28,144 bases of DNA, taken from the NCBI GenBank assembly GCA_938045545.1, contig CALIBN010000040.1, forward strand, positions 1-28,144. Reading direction: 5' to 3'. Position 1 is the stretch's first letter. Every line of letters starts with the position of its first letter. Position numbers and translations under genes: made by a program. Origin of the DNA: an uncultured archaeon. GTDB lineage: Archaea; Thermoproteota; EX4484-205; JAAOZP01. The notes under the pieces were generated by a model that was not told the DNA's origin, did not search any database, and saw only the letters and a list, made by a program, of their open reading frames with translations. Positions 9,590 through 18,330 of this stretch are shown in pieces.

Positions 9590-9593
9590 TAAA
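9567..9593 (+). repeat. attL-like direct repeat (3' end of tRNA-Glu)
   Basis: GGGTTCAAATCCCGGCCGGAGCATAAA, identical to 12468-12494. Confidence 0.93.
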
Positions 9594-9740
9594 ACTTAAA
9601 TATTTTGATACTTTTTTAATTTGCTTTATTATAAGCAGGAGGCGTGGAAAAAACAGCTTATTTTTTGATAAGCTGGATTAGAATTTACTCCATGCTCAAC
9701 ATATTTACTTAAATCCTGGAAATGAGAACTTTTATTGAAA

Positions 9741-10825
9741 ATGGGTAAATGCGGGTTTAATTGCAGAGAGTGTTCCTATTTCAAGAAGCCCTGTATCGGC
9801 TGCGTGATCGAAACTTGTTTAGTGGATAAGTGCATTAAGGGTACCTCTTATACGGGGATAACGCATCCGAGGAGTTTCTGCAAGCTCAGACAGTATTGTC
9901 CCATCGGAGGTAATAGTAGGCCTCTTCCAGTGTTAATTCAACCTATAGGGAATAGGCAGATGATAAAGGTGAAGTTCTCCAAGTTTATACCTGAGATAGA
10001 TATCACTGATCAAGGTCCTGGGTTTGGAAGGATGGTTTCGAAGTATCAGCGGTTTTCATGCCTCTCTGGCAACTGCTTGCAAACGAAAGCATGCTGTCCC
10101 AAGCTTCTAGTAAGGGTCTCCATGATTACCTTGGCTTCAACGGCAAAATACTACTCTCCACAGTTATGCCTGACGAGCTTATCGATAGGCTTGAGACCAA
10201 GGACTACTTCAAGCTGATCAAAGAGCTGAGGCCAGACGCCACAATGATTCCAGACAACTATACTTACACCGATGTCCCGCTTTACCAATCTTGGTCTCAG
10301 ACAATAAGGCTTGTAAACTTCGCCAACGACTTCCTTAAGCTTGACATTCCTCTCATAGGTCTAATTAAAGGAGCTAACCTTCGCCAGATGGATTGGGCCG
10401 TCAGGAAGCAAGTTGAAATGGGCTACGTTTCCTTCGCTATGCCCGCGAGGGAGCTTTTCGAAGAGGAGATGCTGGATTACTTTCTACCACAGATCTTACT
10501 GACCCTAAAAAGAAGTTATAAAAAGAGGAGCGATTTCGAGTTTCTCCTCTACGGTGTCGGCCAGAAGCTTTCGAGATATAAGGATATCAGTTTAAGCAAC
10601 CTCTCTTGGTTTCTGAGGGCGAAGCATGGGGAATACTATTGGGATGGGTTATTCTACGACCTTAGGGATCCCGTGATCAGGTTCAATGAGTGTTATTGCG
10701 AAGCATGCAGAGGAATGATGCCGCAAGATATTATCGACCTTTGGTTCGAGAATAAGGAGCGTGCTCTGAGAACCCTAGCGGTACACAACATTCTGGATCT
10801 GAGTCAATGGAGGCGGAGAAGGTAA
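9741..10825 (+). pseudogene. Frameshifted Cys-rich N-domain + tRNA-guanine-transglycosylase-fold (DUF4417/DpdA-like) protein, ~360 aa when joined
   Basis: Track ORFs 9735-10217 and 10058-10825 join with a -1 shift near 10013 (PEIDITDQ/RSWVWKDGFEVSAVFMPLWQ). C-terminal CxCx2C-x25-H TGT-type zinc site; strand motifs MIPD, GLIKG, FAMP and LLYGVG. May be an intact gene with a sequencing error. Confidence 0.65.
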
Positions 10826-10828
10826 AGA

Positions 10829-11749
10829 ATGGGTGGAGGCTCAGCCATAAGGCAGCATAAGAGAAGGTTCCTCCAGGGAGAATCTGAAGAAACCGGTAGG
10901 AAGGAGGAATGTGAAGAAGCCTACTGGATGGTTAAATCATTTGGGGAATGCAAGGTACGTGAAACGGAAAGCGGCGAATATGAATTAGTCAAAGGGACAA
11001 CCACCGTCGGCATATTTTCAGAGGCATGCGTCGGGGAGAGAAGAATCCTATTTCCTCTGAGCCATGGAATGCTGCTTGAAGTCTCAAATGAAGGTATTAG
11101 GGAAATAGCTACACCTGATAAAGCAGTACTCTTCGGGCTAATATCCTCTGATGGAAGCAATGCTTATTATTGGAGGATTGATTCAAAAGGAAGGTATCAC
11201 TCTGAGTATTCAACTAGGTTCTACTCTGAAAATAATGAACTCATAGAGTTGTTCGACGAATTATTCGAGAAAATATATGGTTTAAATCCACACCACTATG
11301 TTAGAAAAAGGAACGGTTTAATTACTGCGGCAATATATTCTAAAGGGGTCTACTATGATTTAAGCGATTATGATGTCAAGACAGGAGCTTACGAGTTTAG
11401 AGTCCCCCGAGAACATCTCGATTATGAGGGGAAGAGGGCATACTTGAAAGGCTTCTTCTCCGGAGATGGGAAGGCCTCTCTGACTCGCGAGGGAAGTCTT
11501 ACAATACGGTTCTACTCGAAATGTAAAGAAGGTCTAGAAGGCTTACGTCAACTCCTTATAGATTTGGGCTTCCATCCTCACGAAATTAGAGAAGAGAGAG
11601 AAGAACCAGAGGGTGTAGTCTACTGGTTTTCAATTCCGAGTAGGGAGCATATGAAGTTTATAGAAGATATAGGAAGCTTTAAGCCTAGGCACAGAGAAGT
11701 ATTTGAAGAGTATGGAAGATTACGAGGTGAGGAGGGTGAAAGGAGCTAG
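10829..11749 (+). CDS. Free-standing double-motif LAGLIDADG endonuclease-like protein with ~95-aa N-terminal extension
   Basis: LFGLISSDGS and YLKGFFSGDGK motifs, then IRFYSK...LRQLLIDLGF and KFIEDIG as in intein-type LAGLIDADG domains. No intein splicing termini. Confidence 0.85.
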   Translation: MGGGSAIRQHKRRFLQGESEETGRKEECEEAYWMVKSFGECKVRETESGEYELVKGTTTVGIFSEACVGERRILFPLSHGMLLEVSNEGIREIATPDKAVLFGLISSDGSNAYYWRIDSKGRYHSEYSTRFYSENNELIELFDELFEKIYGLNPHHYVRKRNGLITAAIYSKGVYYDLSDYDVKTGAYEFRVPREHLDYEGKRAYLKGFFSGDGKASLTREGSLTIRFYSKCKEGLEGLRQLLIDLGFHPHEIREEREEPEGVVYWFSIPSREHMKFIEDIGSFKPRHREVFEEYGRLRGEEGERS

Positions 11750-12404
11750 AGTTTGGGGGTGGGGCGACGATCTAGAATTAGCCGGAAAGAATGCTCAAAC
11801 ATACGTAAACAAGCGGTGGGGAAACAAGACAGAAGAATGCTCTATTGCGGTGGATGGTAGAAGTGAAGACATACTGTTTAAAATCACCGTGTACATGAGT
11901 AAGCCTGAAGTCGTGGAAGATCTTGTTAACAACCTCTTTGATATTGCCTTAACAAGAGGGAGCAAGATATACTCAGTTACTGTTAGTCTGTATGATCATA
12001 TGGCTTCAAGCGGAATAACATGTACAAACAGTCTACCATTTGTAAGAGAAGCTTATGAGAGACGAAAGCAGATTCTCATGGAGAAATTTAAGGAACATCC
12101 GGAGGTTAAGTACCTGTTGGAAGAAGGAAGAACCCTGATAGTAATTCCGGCGACCGCAATACTGTGTGAATTAGAGTCGAAGTGCTTTAACAAGGTGATA
12201 GTGTGGACAAGCAACTATGATTTTGGCCCTCTCATGGATTATGTCCACCTCATTGCTAACAGGCTGATCGAACGCAAAATTGCTACTCGTATTGTAGGAT
12301 ATGACCTGAGGAACAATGTAGAAGAATTGACGATACTTGATATAGATTTGGATATGAGGGGGAAAAAGGTTTACTTATGGTTAGACCATCCTCCTGTCAA
12401 GTAA
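11712..12404 (+). CDS. Hypothetical protein, third gene of the island operon
   Basis: ~230-codon ORF overlapping the nuclease stop; no recognisable motif. Start is 11703 (TTG) or 11712 (ATG). Confidence 0.75.
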   Translation: MEDYEVRRVKGARVWGWGDDLELAGKNAQTYVNKRWGNKTEECSIAVDGRSEDILFKITVYMSKPEVVEDLVNNLFDIALTRGSKIYSVTVSLYDHMASSGITCTNSLPFVREAYERRKQILMEKFKEHPEVKYLLEEGRTLIVIPATAILCELESKCFNKVIVWTSNYDFGPLMDYVHLIANRLIERKIATRIVGYDLRNNVEELTILDIDLDMRGKKVYLWLDHPPVK

Positions 12405-12467
12405 AAAATCTTGGACTAATAATAGATGTTTTATACTGAAGAGAATAGTTTAGACTTGTATGTTCGT

Positions 12468-12494
12468 GGGTTCAAATCCCGGCCGGAGCATAAA
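12468..12494 (+). repeat. attR-like direct repeat (tRNA-Glu 3' fragment)
   Basis: Identical to 9567-9593; no 5' tRNA half upstream. Confidence 0.93.
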
Positions 12495-12671
12495 CTTAAA
12501 ATAAAACTTAAATATTTTTATATTTTACACTTGCGCGCGCCTCCAAGCTCGCCAACCCGTTCTAAAATGGGAACGCTAGGCTAAGATAAGGTTTTCCGGC
12601 GCGTGTGGAAGGATTATGAGCTGGAGCCGGTTAGATGAAGTTAAACAGGCTTTACGGAAAGCATTAGGGAC

Positions 12672-13250
12672 TTAACGGGATGCTTCAGCATGCCTCTCTA
12701 GTTCAATCTTCCTGGAGACTGCGAAGCTCGCTTCACTGTTGCTCGCAGCGTTTACGATTTCCTCGGCGAGGCTTTCCGGCATGCTTTTCCTGGTTTTGAA
12801 GCTTTTCCTTTTCGCCCCGTCCACTATGTTTCTTATCGCCAAGTCTACTCTCCTACCCGGGGAAATGTCCACGGACTGGTAGTAGACTATTCCACCGTAG
12901 CTGACTCTCGTCGTGTCCTCCCTGGGTGCGGAGTTTACGATTGCTTCCACGAGGATTTCAACAGGGTTCCTTCCGGTTTGAATATTTATTATTTCAAAGG
13001 CGTGTCTAACTATACTTATGGCTTTGGCTTTTCTCCCGCCTGCTCTGGCTGTTTGAGCAACCCTGTTGACCAAGCGTTCAACAACGTTTACACTGTACTT
13101 CCAGAATTTCCTCTTCTCATGCCTTCCCCCGGAGTACGGGATGACTACTGGCCTGAGGCTGACTACGTTCACCAGCCCGGGGTCTCTAACCTCTATCCCG
13201 CTAATATCCCACTTGTCGAACAGCTTGCATTCTACGCTTGTCTTAGCCAA
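12672..13250 (-). CDS. rps7: 30S ribosomal protein S7 (uS7)
   Basis: KLFDKWD, VERLVN, NSAPREDTTR..YGG, VDISP.RRVDLA, ELERHAEASR. Confidence 0.96.
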   Translation of the reverse strand: MAKTSVECKLFDKWDISGIEVRDPGLVNVVSLRPVVIPYSGGRHEKRKFWKYSVNVVERLVNRVAQTARAGGRKAKAISIVRHAFEIINIQTGRNPVEILVEAIVNSAPREDTTRVSYGGIVYYQSVDISPGRRVDLAIRNIVDGAKRKSFKTRKSMPESLAEEIVNAASNSEASFAVSRKIELERHAEASR

Positions 13251-13290
13251 GAGTCGTGTTTAAAACGGGCCGTGACACTTTATTTAAAGC

Positions 13291-13719
13291 TTACCTTGTC
13301 GGCTTCTGCTTCTTACCCTTTAAAAGAGCATCCAGGGAAACCCCGTTTACGCTTATAACCTTGTATCTCACTCCCGGAATGTCTCCCATGGATCTGCCCA
13401 GCGTACCCCCGATTCCCGCAACTATTACCTCGTCCCTCTCGTTTATGAAGTTTAAGCCACCGTCCTTCGGCACGAATGCCGTTATCTCCTTCCCGTTCTT
13501 TATAAGCTGGACTCTGACGCATTTCCTGACAGCGCTGTTAGGCTGCTTGCTAGCTATCCCGACTTTCTCTAGGACGACGCCCCTCGCCATCGGGGCTCCC
13601 TCAAGCGGGTCGTAAAGCTCCTTGAGCCTGAGAACTCTCTTGGTGTAATACTTATAGCTCCACCTGAACTTTCTCCGAACCTTTATCAGGCTTCTGGCTG
13701 CGAATTCTCCTTTACCCAA
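13291..13719 (-). CDS. rps12: 30S ribosomal protein S12 (uS12)
   Basis: [20 protein letters not shown] and [10 protein letters not shown]. Confidence 0.97.
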   Translation of the reverse strand: MGKGEFAARSLIKVRRKFRWSYKYYTKRVLRLKELYDPLEGAPMARGVVLEKVGIASKQPNSAVRKCVRVQLIKNGKEITAFVPKDGGLNFINERDEVIVAGIGGTLGRSMGDIPGVRYKVISVNGVSLDALLKGKKQKPTR

Positions 13720-13763
13720 ACCCTAGAATGCTGTGAAACAGGGTCTTATTAAGTTTCCGACGC

Positions 13764-14213
13764 TTATCTTATTTTAACGTCGCTGAGGCCGAAGTGCCTC
13801 CTAGCTATCTCCCTTATCCCCCTTATTCTAAACCCGTTTCTACCTATGGCCCTGCCCTTATCCACGTCGTCAACCGTTAAGTATGCTAATCTTCCCCCTT
13901 TAACACCGTTTTCAAGCCGTATTTCAAGCACTTTAACCGGGTGGAGAGCCCTTTTCAAGAATGTTTCAACATCCTCATGGTACTCTAATATCTGCACTTC
14001 CCTCCCTATTCTTTTTGAGAAATGCTGGAGCAGAATCCTGTAGCCGCGCCTGATTCTTTCAGCATCCTCAGGCTTGAGGAGGAAAAACACTGTCTTATCA
14101 TCGTTAGCCATAACGCAGTCTATCGCCCGGGTGCCGGTTGCGCTCTCGAAGAAGCCTATGATGCTCAGCTCCTGGTTCGACCAGCTTATTCTTGCTTCAT
14201 CCCTGCTTGTCAT
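13764..14213 (-). CDS. nusA: Archaeal NusA-like KH-domain factor
   Basis: FESATG...DC and DKGRAIGRNG; conserved position between rpl30e and rps12. Confidence 0.9.
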   Translation of the reverse strand: MTSRDEARISWSNQELSIIGFFESATGTRAIDCVMANDDKTVFFLLKPEDAERIRRGYRILLQHFSKRIGREVQILEYHEDVETFLKRALHPVKVLEIRLENGVKGGRLAYLTVDDVDKGRAIGRNGFRIRGIREIARRHFGLSDVKIR

Positions 14214-14523
14214 TCTGCTTGGTTTCCTCCAGTATTCCTGACTCCCCCTGGCTCAATATTCCTATAACGGAGGCGGGGTGTTTTAAGTTTAACGCTTTAC
14301 CCAGGACTATTCGGGAACCATCGTAGACTATTGCTGGCGTTTTAGAAAGCTCTATAGCGTTCCGAAGCTTGCTCAGCAATGGCTGCGGGAGGCTTGAAAC
14401 ATAGATTACGCCCTCCAGCTTACCCTGAAGCAGGAGCCTGTAGACCTCGTTGAACCCTGCTACGAAAGAGCCTGTTTTAGCAAGCAGTTCAAGCCTGCTG
14501 CTGAGCGACACTTTCTCCGCCAT
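14197..14523 (-). CDS. rpl30e: 50S ribosomal protein L30e
   Basis: KTG...G, YDGSRIVLGKA, ILSQGES; synteny after rpo1. Start set at ATG 14523. Confidence 0.85.
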   Translation of the reverse strand: MAEKVSLSSRLELLAKTGSFVAGFNEVYRLLLQGKLEGVIYVSSLPQPLLSKLRNAIELSKTPAIVYDGSRIVLGKALNLKHPASVIGILSQGESGILEETKQNDKQG

Positions 14524-17500
14524 CGTTGTTCTCACTCCTGCTTAAGAAGCCCCCTATATCAACATATACTTTAACCATTCCAGTGCCTGCGAAAATCTCT
14601 GAGCCTGCAAGAACCCTCTCGGTCATCCCGAGCAGCCTGTCCTCAGCGCCTGAGACAGCTCCTTCAACAAGAACCTGAACAGCCCTTTCGAAAGCAGCCT
14701 TGGCGAGCACGCTCTGCTTTCTCCCGCTTACACCATGCCTGCCTATCTGCTTTATCTCCCCGTCCTGCGTCATGGCGCTTGCGACAAGAGAGAGATGCCT
14801 CCAGTCGACGTCCAGCCCCTGCTCGTTAAGCGTCTTCCACATCTCGTTTATCAGGGCTGCCCTAGCAGCCTCAATGCCGAGCACGCTGGCGATCTCGTGA
14901 ATATCGTTGCTTATTGTCCTTGTATGGTCCACCTCGGGAATGTTGAAAACCTCAACAAGGTTGCTTCCCTCGGTCACTATGCAGTACTCACCACCCTCCT
15001 CCTTCAGGAGGACTCCTTTAACCTTCGTTATTCCGCTGACCGGCGTCTTCCTTATCTTGGACTCGAACTTCTGCGGGTCGGTTTTAATAAGTATTTCAAA
15101 ACTCCCGTCGCTCTTAACGTTGAACTTCAAGCCGAGTGTTTCAAGAACTTTTTCAACATCCTTCTCCGTGAGTCCTCTCTCACTGAGCCATTCTTTAACA
15201 GGGTGTATGACAAGATAGTCGTAAGCCATTGTGGATTTCAAGCTTATCCTAGAAACGTCTTCAATAGTCGTGTAGACGAGTTTTCTCGCAACCCTCAGAG
15301 CCCTAGCGTAATCCTTGTTATACGGGGTTTTAAGATAAACAGTCATCATGGGCGTCTTAGGCGTTTTCCTAGCGTCTAGCAGCTCGATCAGCCTAGGCAG
15401 GCCGAGGGTGACGTTGGCCTCTCTAACCCCGGCGTAGTGGAATGTTCTAAGCGTCATCTGTGTTCCCGGCTCGCCTATGGATTGGGCTGCAACAACCCCG
15501 ACGCTTTCACCAGCCTCAACGAGCGCGCGGCGATACTCTCTCAATATCTGTTCAACCACGTTTCTAGCAGCCTGCTTAGACAATCCTTTTGAAACTATCG
15601 CGTGGAAAGCCTCCCTCTGAATGTTCACCGGCAGAAGCCTCCCATGCTCCTCGATTATTCTCTTAACGGTCTGCCTGTCCGCCGGCTTACCCTTCTTAAC
15701 CGCTGAAAGCGCATATTCCTCAACTATCCTCTTCGCGTCGACAGACTTACCGTGGTCGCTCTTAGACGGGTCGACCCCGTCCTCGCCATATATCACGTCG
15801 ACAATGTTCCCGTAGGAGTCTCTAACGGTTCCATCGTACTCAACCCTGAGTGACTCCAGCGCGTGAATGAGCCTACGCTGAAGATACCCGCTCTGCTGCG
15901 TTCTGACGGCGGTGTCGACGAGAGACTCACGGCCCCCCATCGAGTGGTAGAAGAGCTCAACCGGGGATAGGCCGGTGTAATAGTTAGACTTTATGAATCC
16001 TCTGGCAACTGGGCTGAGGTCTCCTTTGCGGAAGTGTGGCAACGGCCTTCCAATGTAACCCTTGAAGATTCTCTTGCCGCGGAGCGCTTGCTGGCCTAGG
16101 CATCCGGATATCTGGCCCACGTTTAGGTCTGAGCCCCTTGCACCTGTTTTAGTCATTATGACCATGTTGTTATCCAGCCCGAGGGAGGAGGATACTAGGC
16201 TGCCAACCTTACTCCTGACTTTTGAGAGAGCATCCATTATGTATGCTTCCAGGCTTTCCTCCTCGCTCATCCCAGGTATCCTCTTAATCCTCCCCTTGCT
16301 CCAGTCCTCCAGAAGACTGTTTACTTCAACGTCAGCCTGGTTAGCTTCCTTCTCAACCTGCCCCTGAACCTCCTTGGGGAGGCTCACATCCCTGTAGCTG
16401 AAGCTGAACCCCCTTAAGAGCAGGAACTCTCTAACCATTTTCTGGAAGGAGGATATGAACCTGTGTCCCTCTTCAGCCCCATACTTTTTAATAATCCTGT
16501 GGAGAATCGTGTCTGCCTTCTCAGCCCCTATCGACGCCTTATCTATTACTCCGGAAACCAGCTTGCCGTTTTTCACGATTATCTCAGCCTCGTCTCTAGA
16601 CGGGCCGCCTACGCTGGTCTTGTTAACATAGTTGAAATCCTCTTTGAAGAGGAGGCTGACTGCCTGTCTGCCTGACCATAGTGGCACCGGCTTCTTAACC
16701 TCCGGCTCGGGAAGCTTGCCCTCGTACCCGGCGGCGTAGATGATTCTCGCAAACTCTTCCTTCGTTAGGTACGTGTCTTTTCTGGTCAGCAGGTAGGCCC
16801 CTGTTATGAAGTCCCTGATGGCGCCCATAATGGGCGCGCCGTATCTCGGCGTCAAATAATGCTTCTTAACTCCTAGAAGCATGCTTGTCTCAACATGGGC
16901 CTCGATGCTCTGGGGGACGTGCAGGTTCATCTCGTCGCCGTCGAAGTCAGCGTTGTAAGGCGGGCAGACACTCGGATGCAGCCTGAAGGTTTTACCAGGG
17001 AGAACTTTCACCCTGTGTCCAAGCATTGAGAGACGGTGGAGCGAGGGCTGCCTGTTGAAGATTACGAAGTCCCCGTCTAAAAGGTGTCTTTCGACGATGA
17101 ACCCTATGTCAAGAGCCTCTGCGAGAGAATCCCTGTTCTCGACGAATTGAAGCTTATGCCTAGCGCCGTTCGGCCTCACAACGTATTCTGAACCGGGATG
17201 TATGAAAGGCCCGTTTCTAACGAGCTGAACCAGCCAGTCCCTATTCCAATATGTAACCCTCTCCGGAACAGTAAGGATCTTAGCGATCTCCTCCGGGACC
17301 CCGACCTCGTCTATACCCAGATATGGGTCTGGAGATATGACTGTTCTAGCTGAGAAGTCAACCCTCTTGCCGGAGAGGTTCTTCCTGAAGCGTCCCTCCT
17401 TGCCTTTCAGCCTCTGGGCGAGAGTCTTCAGGGTTTTACGGGTCCTGTGTTGAGCCGGAAGAATGCCAACAGCCTCGTTGTCGAAATAAGTTGTAACATG

Positions 17501-18328
17501 GTATTGTAGAAGATCCTCGTGGTCCTGTATTATGAGTGGGGACGCGCCTGACTCAATATACTCCCTTATCCTGCGAGCCGTCCTAACTATGTCTACAAGC
17601 TTATGCGTCAAATCGTCCTCAGATCTCTCTCCTGTTTCAAGTATTATCGAAGGCCTCACTTGAATAGGTGGCACTGGCAGAACCTCTATCACGTACCATG
17701 CCGGATGGGCAACCTCAGGATCAATGTTTAGAAGCCTAAGGTCATCTTCAGGAATCCTGATTAAACGCTCCCTTATGATCCGTGTGTTTAAAAGCCTTAG
17801 GACACCATCAGGATCCCTCTCGTAAAACCTTGTGGGCCTTTCCAGCTTAACCTGGTACTTGTCAGCCCCGCAGTGGGGACACCTGTTAGACCTTCTCACC
17901 TCATCCTTTATCTGGTCGAAAATCTGGTCTGGAACAATGCCATAGTTCTCCTCAAACTCCCTTATCTTCTCCCTGTAGTCGCTTATCCTATCGCTGGGAA
18001 GTAGGATTCTGCCGCACTGTCTACACGTAGACTGGAGAACCCTCTCTATCTCCCTTGCGAAAGAGACGTGTATAACTGGAACCGGCAGCTCAATGTGTCC
18101 GAAGTGCCCGGGACACTTATCCGGAAGGTTTCCGCAAGTCTTACACCTCTGCCTAGGCTCTATTGTGCCGAGCCTAGTGTCCATCACCCCTCCGGGAACG
18201 GATAGGCCGTCCTGATCGTAAGTCTCATCCGTAGTGACCTCCATTACTGAGAGCCTTCTGATCTCCACTGGGGAAAGAACTCCGAACTTTATAGAATCTA
18301 CCTGTTTTATCTCAACCTCTTGGCTCAT
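14489..18328 (-). CDS. rpoA: RNA polymerase largest subunit, unsplit Rpo1 (A'+A'')
   Basis: CPGHFGHIEL, NLSGKRVDFSARTVI and NADFDGD, with A''-type AAQSIGEPGTQMTLRTFH in one 1279-aa ORF. Confidence 0.97.
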   Translation of the reverse strand: MSQEVEIKQVDSIKFGVLSPVEIRRLSVMEVTTDETYDQDGLSVPGGVMDTRLGTIEPRQRCKTCGNLPDKCPGHFGHIELPVPVIHVSFAREIERVLQSTCRQCGRILLPSDRISDYREKIREFEENYGIVPDQIFDQIKDEVRRSNRCPHCGADKYQVKLERPTRFYERDPDGVLRLLNTRIIRERLIRIPEDDLRLLNIDPEVAHPAWYVIEVLPVPPIQVRPSIILETGERSEDDLTHKLVDIVRTARRIREYIESGASPLIIQDHEDLLQYHVTTYFDNEAVGILPAQHRTRKTLKTLAQRLKGKEGRFRKNLSGKRVDFSARTVISPDPYLGIDEVGVPEEIAKILTVPERVTYWNRDWLVQLVRNGPFIHPGSEYVVRPNGARHKLQFVENRDSLAEALDIGFIVERHLLDGDFVIFNRQPSLHRLSMLGHRVKVLPGKTFRLHPSVCPPYNADFDGDEMNLHVPQSIEAHVETSMLLGVKKHYLTPRYGAPIMGAIRDFITGAYLLTRKDTYLTKEEFARIIYAAGYEGKLPEPEVKKPVPLWSGRQAVSLLFKEDFNYVNKTSVGGPSRDEAEIIVKNGKLVSGVIDKASIGAEKADTILHRIIKKYGAEEGHRFISSFQKMVREFLLLRGFSFSYRDVSLPKEVQGQVEKEANQADVEVNSLLEDWSKGRIKRIPGMSEEESLEAYIMDALSKVRSKVGSLVSSSLGLDNNMVIMTKTGARGSDLNVGQISGCLGQQALRGKRIFKGYIGRPLPHFRKGDLSPVARGFIKSNYYTGLSPVELFYHSMGGRESLVDTAVRTQQSGYLQRRLIHALESLRVEYDGTVRDSYGNIVDVIYGEDGVDPSKSDHGKSVDAKRIVEEYALSAVKKGKPADRQTVKRIIEEHGRLLPVNIQREAFHAIVSKGLSKQAARNVVEQILREYRRALVEAGESVGVVAAQSIGEPGTQMTLRTFHYAGVREANVTLGLPRLIELLDARKTPKTPMMTVYLKTPYNKDYARALRVARKLVYTTIEDVSRISLKSTMAYDYLVIHPVKEWLSERGLTEKDVEKVLETLGLKFNVKSDGSFEILIKTDPQKFESKIRKTPVSGITKVKGVLLKEEGGEYCIVTEGSNLVEVFNIPEVDHTRTISNDIHEIASVLGIEAARAALINEMWKTLNEQGLDVDWRHLSLVASAMTQDGEIKQIGRHGVSGRKQSVLAKAAFERAVQVLVEGAVSGAEDRLLGMTERVLAGSEIFAGTGMVKVYVDIGGFLSRSENNDGGESVAQQQA

Positions 18329-18330
18329 CT

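Larger units (their letters stand above)
9567..12494. mobile_element. Small tRNA-Glu-integrated genomic island without recognisable integrase
   Basis: Flanked by a 27-bp duplication of the tRNA 3' end; visibly more AT-rich than flanking housekeeping genes; cargo unrelated to neighbours. Confidence 0.88.

Noticed and set aside
9750-9773. CxxxCxxC (CGFNCREC) as a radical-SAM motif
   Set aside because: Lacks the aromatic residue before the last Cys, lies within a larger 9-Cys cluster, and the downstream domain looks TGT-like.
10829-11749. LAGLIDADG as part of an intein or intron
   Set aside because: No intein N-/C-terminal splicing motifs, no interrupted host protein and no flanking rRNA/tRNA exons seen.
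12468-12490. 3' half of a split tRNA
   Set aside because: No complementary leader or BHB context; identity extends into the trailer, which fits an att duplication.
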